In this document: piece after piece, positions 21,539 to 31,213 of the stretch
Numbering within the stretch: position 1 is the stretch's first letter
Layout of the letters: each line of letters opens with the position of its first letter
Assembly: GCA_039698055.1 (NCBI GenBank)
Contig: JBDKTL010000031.1
Coordinates: 1-62,270, forward strand
Direction of reading: 5' to 3'
DNA: 62,270 nucleotides
From: Methanoregula sp.
GTDB lineage: Archaea > Halobacteriota > Methanomicrobia > Methanomicrobiales > Methanospirillaceae
Notes under the pieces: model-generated
Databases searched by the model: none
Seen by the model: only the letters and a program-made list of their open reading frames with translations
Told to the model about the DNA's origin: nothing
Position numbers and translations under genes: made by a program

Positions 21539-22033
21539 GTGGATCTGTTCATTTTACGACATGGTAAGGCGCAACCGGCAGATTGTACCACACATGATGC
21601 CGATCGGGCGCTTACCGGCAAGGGAAGGGACGAAATTACTTCAGTGGCGCAGTGGATGGTATCGCGGGGGTATGACTTTGATGTTATTGCGACAAGCCCC
21701 CTGAAACGGGCCCGGCAGACGGCGGAGATCATCGCATCGTTCCAGGGAGCAAAACACCGGGTCGTCGTGTGGGAATCGCTTGCCGTTGCTGGGGATCTTG
21801 ACGCGATCTGCCGGAATCTGGGGGAATATGAAAAAAGCGGAAAAGTTCTCATTGTCGGTCATGAACCCACGCTTTCCATGCTCATCAGCAGGATCATCAC
21901 CGGTACCGACACTGCGGCTATTGTGATGGCAAAGGGCGGACTTGCCAAAATCCGGAATTATTCGTCCCAGTACCGGCCCTTCGGAGAGCTCCAGTGGCTC
22001 CTTTCCCCCCGGCAGATGATAATTTCGGAATAA
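21539..22033 (+). CDS. sixA: Phosphohistidine phosphatase SixA
   Basis: ILRHGKA, DRALT, TSPLKRARQTA and LIVGHEP histidine-phosphatase motifs; probable GTG start at 21539. Confidence 0.85.
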   Translation: MDLFILRHGKAQPADCTTHDADRALTGKGRDEITSVAQWMVSRGYDFDVIATSPLKRARQTAEIIASFQGAKHRVVVWESLAVAGDLDAICRNLGEYEKSGKVLIVGHEPTLSMLISRIITGTDTAAIVMAKGGLAKIRNYSSQYRPFGELQWLLSPRQMIISE

Positions 22034-22068
22034 GAAAAAAAAATAATTTAGTAACCGGGTAGTACCGG

Positions 22069-23025
22069 TTATTTCTTTTGTTTCTCGTAATACGTGCAGA
22101 ACGAACCACAGCGGGTGCAGCCCTCTTTGCAGGGCTCAATATGGATCGTGATATGTGCGCGGGGGAACTCGATCAGAAGATCCGATTCGAGGTGATCGGC
22201 TAAATCATGGGACTGGTTCACCGATATCGTCCCTGATACAACCAAGTGGAATTCGATAAAGATATCCGGGCCGGACCGTCGTGTCCGAAGGCCGTGGAAC
22301 CCTGCATAATCGCCTGAATGCTCGCAGATGACCTGTTTTATCCGGTTGACCTGTTCAGGGGGAATACTATGGTCGATAAGATCGGCAAGAGATCGCCTTG
22401 TGAGGTCATACGCGGCTTTCATGATGACAATGGCGACACCTATTGCAAAAAGGGAATCAAGGCTGGCGATACCGGTGATCCGGATCAAGATCAGGCCGGC
22501 AAAAACACCCAGCGAAGTATAGACATCAGTCCGCAGGTGCCATGCATCGCTTTCAAGCGCGATGGACTCGGTTTCCTTTGCCACTTTCATCAGCCGCGAA
22601 GAGACATACCAGTTGGCAAGCGCCGATATCCCCATCACCACGATACCGGCAAAAAGCAGCGTTGGTGAGAATGGTTCCGAAGCTTCACCGAGCAGTTTTT
22701 TTGTCGCTTCCGTGATAATCAGGATTGCTGCAACAAAGATCAGGATCGCTTCGATGAATCCAGAGAAATCCTCAAATTTACCGTGCCCGAACGAATGGCC
22801 GGCATCGGGTGGTTCTGCGGATTTTCTCACCGAAAAAAATGCGATGATGGCAGCGAGGAGATCCATGGACGAGTGGATCGCTTCGGAAATGATACTCACC
22901 GATCCGATGGCAAACCCGACGACGAATTTCATTCCGACAAGCCCGGTATTGGAAATAATAGACAGGCGTGCGGTTTTTTGTTTTAAAATATCAAGGGATT
23001 GTTTATCCCGTGGGCCGGTATCCAT
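22069..23025 (-). CDS. Cation diffusion facilitator (FieF-like) transporter
   Basis: EAIHSSMD, HSFGHGKFE, SDAWHLRTD, HIEP; Cys-rich tail CKEGCTRCGSFC. Confidence 0.92.
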   Translation of the reverse strand: MDTGPRDKQSLDILKQKTARLSIISNTGLVGMKFVVGFAIGSVSIISEAIHSSMDLLAAIIAFFSVRKSAEPPDAGHSFGHGKFEDFSGFIEAILIFVAAILIITEATKKLLGEASEPFSPTLLFAGIVVMGISALANWYVSSRLMKVAKETESIALESDAWHLRTDVYTSLGVFAGLILIRITGIASLDSLFAIGVAIVIMKAAYDLTRRSLADLIDHSIPPEQVNRIKQVICEHSGDYAGFHGLRTRRSGPDIFIEFHLVVSGTISVNQSHDLADHLESDLLIEFPRAHITIHIEPCKEGCTRCGSFCTYYEKQKK

Positions 23026-23085
23026 GGTGTCCTGTGTATACGTGGATGGCGGGGAACTTCAAGATATTGTCAAAAAAAATGGGTA

Positions 23086-23454
23086 TTAATGGTCTTTTTT
23101 CCCGTACACGGTTTCCGGATCAAAAATCTTCTCATCGATCACGTCCCCGTCCAGTGTCCGGTAAAAACAGGTACGGTATCCCATGTGACATGCAGCACCC
23201 AGCTGTTCGACTTCATAGATAAGACAGTCTTCATCGCAATCGGCAAGGACCCGGATCACCTTCTGGAAATGACCGCTCTCTTCACCTTTCTTCCAGAGTT
23301 TTTTCCGGCTCCGGCTGTAATAGTGGGCATATCCGGTCTCCTGTGTCAGCCTGACTGCCTCTTCGTTTGCATATGCCATCATCAGCACCAGCCGGTTTTT
23401 TTCATCCTGCACAATTACCGGGATCAACCCGTCAGCAAATTTCAGGTTCAGCAT
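23086..23454 (-). CDS. hisI: Phosphoribosyl-AMP cyclohydrolase
   Basis: [32 protein letters not shown]. Confidence 0.96.
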   Translation of the reverse strand: MLNLKFADGLIPVIVQDEKNRLVLMMAYANEEAVRLTQETGYAHYYSRSRKKLWKKGEESGHFQKVIRVLADCDEDCLIYEVEQLGAACHMGYRTCFYRTLDGDVIDEKIFDPETVYGKKDH

Positions 23455-23464
23455 CGGTTACACC

Positions 23465-24610
23465 TCACACAATCGCATTCATGATCGCAAGCAAAAAATC
23501 CCCAAAGATAATCGACGTGACAAGCCCGGCAGTAATGGGGATGATAAACGGCACCGCATACGAGATCCACACAGTTCCTGCTTTTTTATACATTGCAAGT
23601 TCCCGGGGGAATTCTTCCGGGTGTTCTCGCAAGTCCTTTGTATACATCCGGCCCTCCCCGGAATACATTCTCCGCAGGGAATCGAAAAATCCGATGAACT
23701 TTCGGCTGACGGTGCCGTTTTTCTCGACAAAGTCCTCCATGACAAAACCCCATGAATCCTGTATTTTTTCGCCTCGTACCGGGAACCCAAAGAACATGTA
23801 GGGCAGCGGCGCACGGTTGCCTTTGACGATATTGGTAACAAAAATACCCACAGGGGCGACAAGGTTGAGGATCAGGGCGTTGATCAGTGCCGAGAACGAC
23901 AAAAAGCCCAGCGGGGGGTTGTTCAGGATTGGCGTAAAGGGAAATGTCGGGATACAGAACGCAATAAAGATGAGCGCCCACGCGTCAGCGCCACCAAAGA
24001 GGTGCATCCGCCCGAACAGGTAAAACACGCCACAGAATACTGCCGCCAGTGGGATGTAGATGCCCTGCAATCCCCAGCCGCCTTCAAACATCATGTAGAA
24101 TGATGCGATGGCAAAGATGACCACAATGAGCATAAAGTACCATCGGCTCAGCGTGTCGCTGATATTTGCCTGCTGTGCCTTTTTTTTCTGCTTCGTTGTC
24201 TGCACACGCGACTTTTTGTATTCCTCATAGGTGATGTAGGCAAGAACCCCGGCAAACATGCCGTACCAGGGCACAAGCGAGATACTGACCGTCTTAGCAA
24301 GGACAAACCAGGAAAGTGCCGGCAGAACCAGTACGGCAGCAAGATAGTGGAATTTGATCGGATCGGTGTCTTCGCGGGAATCAAGGTAGTTGGCGTAGAA
24401 GAACGCCGCAACCAGGGCAAGGTAACCCACAACAAGGCTGAGGTTGGTGGTGGTATCGTACAACAACCATATCGTTGAGGGTATGCCAATAATGAGCATT
24501 GGTATCCACGTCCGGAACGGTACACGCCGGTCTCTGATATCAAGATATGATGCATAGACCAAGGTGACAAGGACAGCCACCGCGGAAATGATCATCGGGT
24601 AAAGAATCAT
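23465..24610 (-). CDS. flaK: Preflagellin/prepilin peptidase (A24, FlaK/PibD-type)
   Basis: Catalytic YASYLDIRDR and FGGADA motifs; C-terminal VWISYAVPFIIPITAG. Confidence 0.88.
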   Translation of the reverse strand: MILYPMIISAVAVLVTLVYASYLDIRDRRVPFRTWIPMLIIGIPSTIWLLYDTTTNLSLVVGYLALVAAFFYANYLDSREDTDPIKFHYLAAVLVLPALSWFVLAKTVSISLVPWYGMFAGVLAYITYEEYKKSRVQTTKQKKKAQQANISDTLSRWYFMLIVVIFAIASFYMMFEGGWGLQGIYIPLAAVFCGVFYLFGRMHLFGGADAWALIFIAFCIPTFPFTPILNNPPLGFLSFSALINALILNLVAPVGIFVTNIVKGNRAPLPYMFFGFPVRGEKIQDSWGFVMEDFVEKNGTVSRKFIGFFDSLRRMYSGEGRMYTKDLREHPEEFPRELAMYKKAGTVWISYAVPFIIPITAGLVTSIIFGDFLLAIMNAIV

Positions 24611-24873
24611 ACTCCCTATACCCTTTTTTCTGATAGGTCTTATGTATGGCGATAGACCCGGATGCTGGTGATGTGCGGATTACTACCTGATTACACCGGT
24701 AAACAAGCCGGAATCTGTAAATATCTGCATGTATAAATATCCGGAATTGTTACACGCTATTTCAGTAATATATAATATCTTCCCTACAAATACTTCATTT
24801 GACAACCGGTGCCCATCCCAACAGGAATAGTAACCGCACAAAAAATATCTGCGCAAATCGAGGTGATTTTTTT

Positions 24874-25485
24874 ATGAACATATCGGAGCTGCTGGAAACA
24901 ATCCTGAAAGGATCAAAATATCTTGGCACCTTTCCGCTTGCCGAGCTGCTCCAGTTTGCTGCCAGCCGGAGTATCAACGGGTTAGCGGTTGCAAAAGATC
25001 CCCCCCGGGAGAGGTACCTTGCATTTATCAACGGTGAACCCGAAGGCGCAATTTATATCGATTCCAGCGGGACACTCTATGGTGACAAGGCGATCATGCT
25101 GATCGGGGGGGCTGAACAGTTCGTTCTCTGCGATGTGAAACCCGACATTATCGATGCGCTTGTCATGAGCTGCCGGGTCTTCGAAAAATCGCATCTCAGG
25201 CAGAGCACGACCTATATTGTCCCCGAGATTGGCGTACAACGTGCGGGAATCGGGGTGCTGACGATTTCCCTCCGTCGTGAGAATTCCCCGCTGAATGGTG
25301 TCCGGGTATCTATCAGGAAAAACGGCCAGATCGTCGGAAGCGATAGTACCACGGGTACAGGGTCGGTAAGTTTCCGTGTATTACACGGAATGTACACCTG
25401 CATGGTGCAGGATCGATCCCAGACGGTGACTAATTTCCAGATCACGTTTGACGAAATGCACCCTCAGATCACCCTTGACCTTTGA
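24874..25485 (+). CDS. DUF2226/PATAN-like N-terminal domain + beta-sandwich (carboxypeptidase-regulatory-like) C-terminal domain
   Basis: GAGGTGA RBS before ATG 24874; pattern LLQFAASRSINGL...AFINGEPEGAIY...YGDKA; C-terminal PLNGVRVSI...TTGTGSVSF...GMYTC. Confidence 0.6.
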   Translation: MNISELLETILKGSKYLGTFPLAELLQFAASRSINGLAVAKDPPRERYLAFINGEPEGAIYIDSSGTLYGDKAIMLIGGAEQFVLCDVKPDIIDALVMSCRVFEKSHLRQSTTYIVPEIGVQRAGIGVLTISLRRENSPLNGVRVSIRKNGQIVGSDSTTGTGSVSFRVLHGMYTCMVQDRSQTVTNFQITFDEMHPQITLDL

Positions 25486-25590
25486 CAGTAAAAAAGTCCG
25501 GGCTGCTCAATCGTTATCCCCGAATTCCTGGTCATCCCGATAAAAACAAAGACGAAATCCTTTAATTAGATCGGAGCAGATTTATCGCTT

Positions 25591-26700
25591 ATGAAGATCG
25601 GACGTGAGGATTTTGAAGCGCTGATCAAGGGTGAAAAGACTATCACACCCTATCTGGAACTTGATCCGGTTTTGGGATCATATTCCGTCTTTGGGGTAAA
25701 AACCGCAAGCAACCCGAACTATATGATCAAGGCTGTGTACGAAATGTACGAAGCCAACCTGAACCGGAAGCTTTCGGTAAAGGCAATGCGCAAACTGTAC
25801 CGCTCGGTTGGTTTAGGCTCCCTTGGCCTGTATAACCTGCTCAAAAAATTCGGGATGGACTTAAAACCTGCTGAATTTCTCATGCTCGTTTTCAAACTCC
25901 AGCACCAGCAGGGTTGGGGGGCACCGTTTGAACTTGTCGAAGCAGGCGAAAAGAAAATTATCCTCCGTACCGCCCACACTTTTGAGTCCGAGGTAATGAA
26001 GGACTGGAAAATGTCGGTCTGCGGTATTCATATGGGCTGGATAGAGGGGGTGCTCATGGCGGTTACCGGAAAGTCATGGTACTGTCTTGAAACCAAATGT
26101 TTTGCAAACGGTGATGACTGCTGCGAATTTGTTGCCGATCAGGTTGAACCGAGCTGGAAATATAAAGCTCAGGCGATCGTGAACGGGGATTCCGCTATCA
26201 CCGAGTTTATTGAGCACAAACCGCTTGACGGGACCATCAAGCTCATCGACGACCCTGTTGTCATCATGCCCAGGTTTGTTTTTTCCTCCATGATGAACTC
26301 GTTGAAAAAGACGATGGGGGAACTGCCCGCCGGAGGAGTGAACTACCGTGCCTATATGGATCTTGGGAAGGAAAATGTCGAACATTACAAAAAAATGGGG
26401 ATAACCAACCCCAATACGCTGGCAAATATGGCGTTTACGTTCTACTCCCAGATGGGCTGGTTCAAGATTATCAAGATGGAGTGGGACGAAGCCACAAAGA
26501 CAAAAACCCTGACCCTTGAACACACGGTTGAATCCGACGCCTTTGGCAGTACGGGGAAAAATGTCTGTTACTGCACGGCAGGGCTCCTTGCCGGAATTGT
26601 CGAAGGTGCGTTTGGGATAAAAGTTCAGGGCCGCGAGATTGCGTGCAGATCGAAAGGAAACGAGTTCTGTGTCTTTACCATCACGAATAAAAAAGAATAA
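25591..26700 (+). CDS. Tandem V4R (4-vinyl reductase) domain protein
   Basis: Two V4R motifs: CGIHMGWIEG...ETKCFANGDDCCEF and CYCTAGLLAG...EIACRSKGNEFCVF. Confidence 0.85.
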   Translation: MKIGREDFEALIKGEKTITPYLELDPVLGSYSVFGVKTASNPNYMIKAVYEMYEANLNRKLSVKAMRKLYRSVGLGSLGLYNLLKKFGMDLKPAEFLMLVFKLQHQQGWGAPFELVEAGEKKIILRTAHTFESEVMKDWKMSVCGIHMGWIEGVLMAVTGKSWYCLETKCFANGDDCCEFVADQVEPSWKYKAQAIVNGDSAITEFIEHKPLDGTIKLIDDPVVIMPRFVFSSMMNSLKKTMGELPAGGVNYRAYMDLGKENVEHYKKMGITNPNTLANMAFTFYSQMGWFKIIKMEWDEATKTKTLTLEHTVESDAFGSTGKNVCYCTAGLLAGIVEGAFGIKVQGREIACRSKGNEFCVFTITNKKE

Positions 26701-26787
26701 ACAAAAATCTGGGCGTAAATTCATAACCTCTATATTAAATAGCATTACCTCTATATCTTTACCAGAAATATCGCCGAGTGTTTAGCA

Positions 26788-27578
26788 TGGCTCCCGCAGT
26801 TCAGGTCCTGATTGTTGAAGACGATGAAATTATTTCAGGTTTGATAGCTGTCATGCTGGAAAAAAAAGGCTACCATGTGGCAGGGAAAGTGATTACCGGC
26901 GAAGATGCCATCATGAGGGCAGCTGAAACAGTCCCGGATATTGTCCTCATGGATATCAATCTCGCAGGTACTCTTGACGGAATTGCTGCTGCCCGGTATA
27001 TTTTCTCATTCTTCCGTATCCCTATCATTTTCCTTACCGGCCAGTGTGACGACGATGTTCTCAACCGGGCAAAAATTGCTGAACCCTATGGATTCATTCT
27101 CAAACCCTTTACGGCAAACGATCTCACCTCCAATATCGAGATCGCGCTGTATAACCACAATATCCGGAAAAAATATTTCGATAAGTTTGCCACGCTGGAT
27201 CTCAAAAAGATCATGCCGGCGCTTGAAGCTGTTATGGTTGCCGATATTAAAGGCCGGGTCATTTTTTTCAATCCCTATACGCTGCGGCTTCTTGATGTGA
27301 ACGAACCGGATGTGCTGATGAAATTCCTCCGGCACGTCCTGATTCTTGTAAATAAATTGACCGGCGAACGGATTCCTGACCCGGCACTCGACGTGATCAG
27401 GGAGATGATCGTGATCAATTACGAGTTAAATACCGTTCTTGTGACGAAAACCAATAAAAAGCGGTATGTCGGTGTCACTGCGCGCCCGATGAAGAACGAG
27501 AATAATGAGCTGCTGGGTATCTACGTGCATGTGCGGGAAAAAACCCTTAACGAGATAAAAATGGCCTCACGGACCTGA
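26788..27578 (+). CDS. Response regulator (REC + PAS)
   Basis: LIVEDD, DIVLMDI (phospho-Asp), FLTG, ILKPF, followed by a PAS-like domain. Alternative GTG start at 26778 in the ORF track. Confidence 0.88.
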
Positions 27579-27637
27579 TGGGAATAATATTTCAGATACG
27601 GGGAAAAGGAAAATAAAAAATATCGGCAATACCTGAA

Positions 27638-28432
27638 TTATCTTTCTGATTTCTTCTTGAACAGGGCTTTTGTAAACCGGTCGATAAATCCTTCTTTTGC
27701 CTGAACGGTCTGCTCTTCTTTATAGGAAACACCGATAAGATCGGATGCAATATGGCGGATTGCCTTTGATGCCGGGGAATCCGGATACTTGATGACAATC
27801 GGGGTTTTTGCTGACGCCGCTCTCCGGACGTTTGTATCTTCGGGGATGATTCCTATTACTTTTACCCCAAGAACCTTTTCCATCTTTTTGGTGATGATGT
27901 CGGTTTTATCCTGATCGACACGGTTGATGATCGAGCCCAGCACATGCCCGCCCACAACTTCGGTGAGGATTTTTGTTTTCAGGGCATCGACGATGGATGA
28001 AAGTTCCGGGTTGACCACTAAGATCACTTCATCGGCAACGGCAAGAGGAACAACCCCGTCTTTGCTGATTCCTGCAGGAGCATCGATGAGTAAAAATTCA
28101 CACCGTTTGATAATCTCGGACATTACATCGCGGATCTTATCCGGATCTGCCTGCTGGAATCCCTGCAGCGAGATCCCGCTGGGTATGACTTTGAGTCCTG
28201 CCGGGCCTTCGTAGATCGCATCGTTTATGTTGCCTTTTCCCGCGAGAATTTCATGCAGGGTGACCGGGGCATCCTGCAATCCAAGGATCAAACCGACATT
28301 TGCCATGCCGATATCGGCGTCCATGAGATAGGTTTCCTTTCCCAATTGGGCAAGCATCGTCCCGAGATTGACAGAAACGGTGGTTTTACCCGTACCTCCT
28401 TTGCCCGAAGCGATTGTATAAACCTTAACCAT
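27638..28432 (-). CDS. minD: MinD family ATPase
   Basis: Deviant Walker A SGKGGTGKTT, DADIGMAN, IDAPAG, IINRV, IPED; C-terminal amphipathic GFIDRFTKALFKK. Confidence 0.93.
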   Translation of the reverse strand: MVKVYTIASGKGGTGKTTVSVNLGTMLAQLGKETYLMDADIGMANVGLILGLQDAPVTLHEILAGKGNINDAIYEGPAGLKVIPSGISLQGFQQADPDKIRDVMSEIIKRCEFLLIDAPAGISKDGVVPLAVADEVILVVNPELSSIVDALKTKILTEVVGGHVLGSIINRVDQDKTDIITKKMEKVLGVKVIGIIPEDTNVRRAASAKTPIVIKYPDSPASKAIRHIASDLIGVSYKEEQTVQAKEGFIDRFTKALFKKKSER

Positions 28433-28518
28433 CGAACACCCGTGGTGAATGTATCATTCCTGATTTAATATAAGGCTAATGAATTTTTTTTATAATGTGG
28501 TTCGTTCTTATATTCGTG

Positions 28519-29079
28519 TTATATCCACCAGTTTAAAATATCTTTTGTATCGTCTTTTATCTGCCGCTCCATTTCGCTGCCAATGACCGTTTTAATCCTG
28601 ACGCTGCCAACAATCGTGGATCCCTTATGGTCGATGCGAAAGATAAAGACACCTGGAATCTTCGTCCGCGGGTCAGTAGTGACTATCTGGGAGAACGTGG
28701 CCGCATCACTGGAGGCACCCGCATCGCGGGAGGAGGCAAGCAGGAGTCCATCCGTGGTTGCCAGGGTTATCTGATCGACATGATATTTTTTTGCAAGGGT
28801 ATCCAGGCTCTGGGAGATCGTGGTTTTACCTGTCAGGAAATCGATATTGGCGGGTTCCGGCATAATGGGGGTTATGCGCACCGGTATGTGAGAGAATGCA
28901 GGTTCGCTTCCGTTCGGGATCGTTGTTTTGTGATAATGATCCAGCCGCTGTTTCATCTGTTCGGCAAGCGTAATCGTCTGCATGATCCGGGTTTTATTGG
29001 CATGATACCGTTTGACGACCAGCCATGCGGCAATTCCGGCAATGATAATTGCGAGGGCAACTGCCGGCAGCAGGATCAT
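28519..29079 (-). CDS. Membrane-anchored protein with degenerate Roadblock/LC7-like C-terminal domain
   Basis: N-terminal TM helix; SLDTLAKKYHVDQITLATTDGLLLASS resembles the roadblock helix-strand-DG motif. Confidence 0.55.
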   Translation of the reverse strand: MILLPAVALAIIIAGIAAWLVVKRYHANKTRIMQTITLAEQMKQRLDHYHKTTIPNGSEPAFSHIPVRITPIMPEPANIDFLTGKTTISQSLDTLAKKYHVDQITLATTDGLLLASSRDAGASSDAATFSQIVTTDPRTKIPGVFIFRIDHKGSTIVGSVRIKTVIGSEMERQIKDDTKDILNWWI

Positions 29080-29132
29080 ATCAGTATCTACAAAAGCAAA
29101 ACCAATGATTATTCCTCCCGTATTATCCGTGA

Positions 29133-29879
29133 TTATTTTCGTTCCATCAGGTGATCGAGATGGAGTTGTTTGACCATGGTCCTGCAGTCATTACGGATCT
29201 TATCGGTAACACTGCTGATATCCATCGTATCGAACGTGTCAATATCCTTTTCAAAACTGCTCGTTTCCGGTTTTACCTTGTCCTCCTCTTCTTCCGGAAT
29301 GGCTTTTGGGGGCTCTTTGGGATGCACGGTCACCGTTTCGGACGCAAAGCCTGCCTGGTGCCTGGCCGGTTTCAGATCGCCGGGTCGTATTGCTGACGGT
29401 GTCGGATCAGGGACAGACTGGTTAACGACCGGGCGGGAATGTTCTCCTGGCGTCGCATGTACCGGGGCAACACGGGCTGTATGAACAGGTGCAGGCACCT
29501 TCTCTACCGTCTGGTGAACGATATGCGGCGCAGGTTCAGCAGGTTTCTGGTGTACCGGGGCGGCCTTACCGGTTTTAATAATCCGTGCAGCCTTGTTGAA
29601 TTCAAGGGCGAGCTGGAGCTGTGCTTCGTCAAGTGTTGAGAGTGCCGCATCAACATCCTGGTCTGGCATTTGTCCCAGTTCATCGTATGCCGCATCGCCC
29701 GCGAAATGTGCATATTTTGCAAGAATGCATTTTCCCGACTTCATCACGAGTGTTGAGATAGATTCATCGAATGATATGCTGCAGATGCCGGAGAATCTGC
29801 TGCGCCCGAGCTCTTCAAGAAGGTCACCGAGTTTCTGGCCTTTTTTGATTTCGCGGAATGTTCCACGCGGGAGTTGCAT
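29133..29879 (-). CDS. DUF2226-like protein with Pro-rich disordered linker and conserved C-terminal helix
   Basis: MQLPRG start; FSGICSI...MKSGKCILA...GDAAYDEL; QLQLALEFN; acidic/Pro linker; tail MVKQLHLDHL. Confidence 0.7.
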   Translation of the reverse strand: MQLPRGTFREIKKGQKLGDLLEELGRSRFSGICSISFDESISTLVMKSGKCILAKYAHFAGDAAYDELGQMPDQDVDAALSTLDEAQLQLALEFNKAARIIKTGKAAPVHQKPAEPAPHIVHQTVEKVPAPVHTARVAPVHATPGEHSRPVVNQSVPDPTPSAIRPGDLKPARHQAGFASETVTVHPKEPPKAIPEEEEDKVKPETSSFEKDIDTFDTMDISSVTDKIRNDCRTMVKQLHLDHLMERK

Positions 29880-30122
29880 TATATGTTTAGTGATGTGTTT
29901 TCACCTATATAGTTTCTTTTTAACGATGCGGGTGAAAAGGTGCTGCCGGGGCCTTTATCCGGGAAATTTCTTTTTTGCCCGTTTTATTGTGAAAATAAAT
30001 TGCACTGATATTGAAGCGTCTTTTTTCATCAAGGCCATTATTCATGCAGGAAACCGCATAACAAAGCCCAACCTTTTAATATAGAAAGAAACAGAGAGAT
30101 ACATTTATTAAGTGGTGTCAAA

Positions 30123-30470
30123 ATGCTGAAGCCGTTATTGGAAGAATTCCTGAAAGTGGAAGGGGTATCAGCTGCAGTTGTTGTCGGAAGAGATGGATTT
30201 GTGATTGAGAGTGCCGTAGCGGGGAAAGTGGATATCGAGGCACTGGGTGCAATGGCTTCGACGGGTCTTGGAACTTCAGAAGCAATGGGATCCACTCTGG
30301 GCAAAGGAGAACTTGCACAGATGCTTGTTGAACTGGAAAAAGGATCTATTATTCTTGCGCCGCTTTCGGCTGACGAGTTGATCGCTCTTGTTGCAGATTC
30401 GACTGCTAACGTCGGAAGAATACGTTATGAATTAAAAAAGAATAAAGAACGTATCATAGCGGCTCTTTAA
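30123..30470 (+). CDS. Roadblock/LC7 (MglB-like) protein
   Basis: VEGVSAAVVVGRDGFVIES, EALGAM, LVELEKG, ANVGRIRYE. Confidence 0.92.
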   Translation: MLKPLLEEFLKVEGVSAAVVVGRDGFVIESAVAGKVDIEALGAMASTGLGTSEAMGSTLGKGELAQMLVELEKGSIILAPLSADELIALVADSTANVGRIRYELKKNKERIIAAL

Positions 30471-30487
30471 TTCAAACAAGTTTTTTT

Positions 30488-31213
30488 ATGAAATTGCCGG
30501 CAGGAACTGATGGCGGCGTCATCACAAACCTTCAGGATGAAGGTTTGATCCGTTACCTGATGACGCTCCGTGGGGCGATAGAGATCGATACCGCAGATGG
30601 CCATGGGTTTCTTCTCACTGACCGGGGGAATCTTGCCGCGGCGTTTTTTGCCGACCCCCGTGCAACCTACCGGGGAAAGATGGCTCTTGAGTATCTCATG
30701 GGCGATGCAAATAAAACCGGCATGCCCCGGCAGACGTTCTGCCTGAAAAATTATACTGAGGCGGAATTTGAAGAGGCACTGGCACAGTGCACGCAGGGGC
30801 ATCTTCTGCTCACCCTTCAGGAGCCAGGAGACAATGAGCAGGCCGGGCAATCGCCTGCGCACACGGTTCACGCCCCCGTATCGTTCGATGAAGCAATCCT
30901 GCAAAAAATACTCTCACAGCCCGGTATCATTGCCGCGTCTGCATTTTTTGAAGGATTCCCGGTCCTGTCGCGAGGGGATGCGGATTTTGAGCATATCGCT
31001 GCGCTGGCAGAAGATCTTATGCGGGCAGGGACACGGATCGCAAAAGAAATGAGCTTCGGAGATCCCAACCAGCTGATCCTTGAAACAGAAAACAACAAGA
31101 TCATTATCGCTCCCTGCGGGGACCTGTTCCTTTGTATTGTGGCAACAGCCGATGCACAGCTTGGACTCATCCGTGTCCTCTTAAAGAGCATCCAGATGGA
31201 GATGGGCACATGA
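30488..31213 (+). CDS. DUF2226-like domain fused to Roadblock/LC7 domain
   Basis: N-terminal MKLPAG...LRGAIEI...GFLLTDRGNLAAAF...RGKMAL; C-terminal ILSQPGIIAASAFFEG...LILETENNKIII...AQLGLIR. Confidence 0.75.
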   Translation: MKLPAGTDGGVITNLQDEGLIRYLMTLRGAIEIDTADGHGFLLTDRGNLAAAFFADPRATYRGKMALEYLMGDANKTGMPRQTFCLKNYTEAEFEEALAQCTQGHLLLTLQEPGDNEQAGQSPAHTVHAPVSFDEAILQKILSQPGIIAASAFFEGFPVLSRGDADFEHIAALAEDLMRAGTRIAKEMSFGDPNQLILETENNKIIIAPCGDLFLCIVATADAQLGLIRVLLKSIQMEMGT

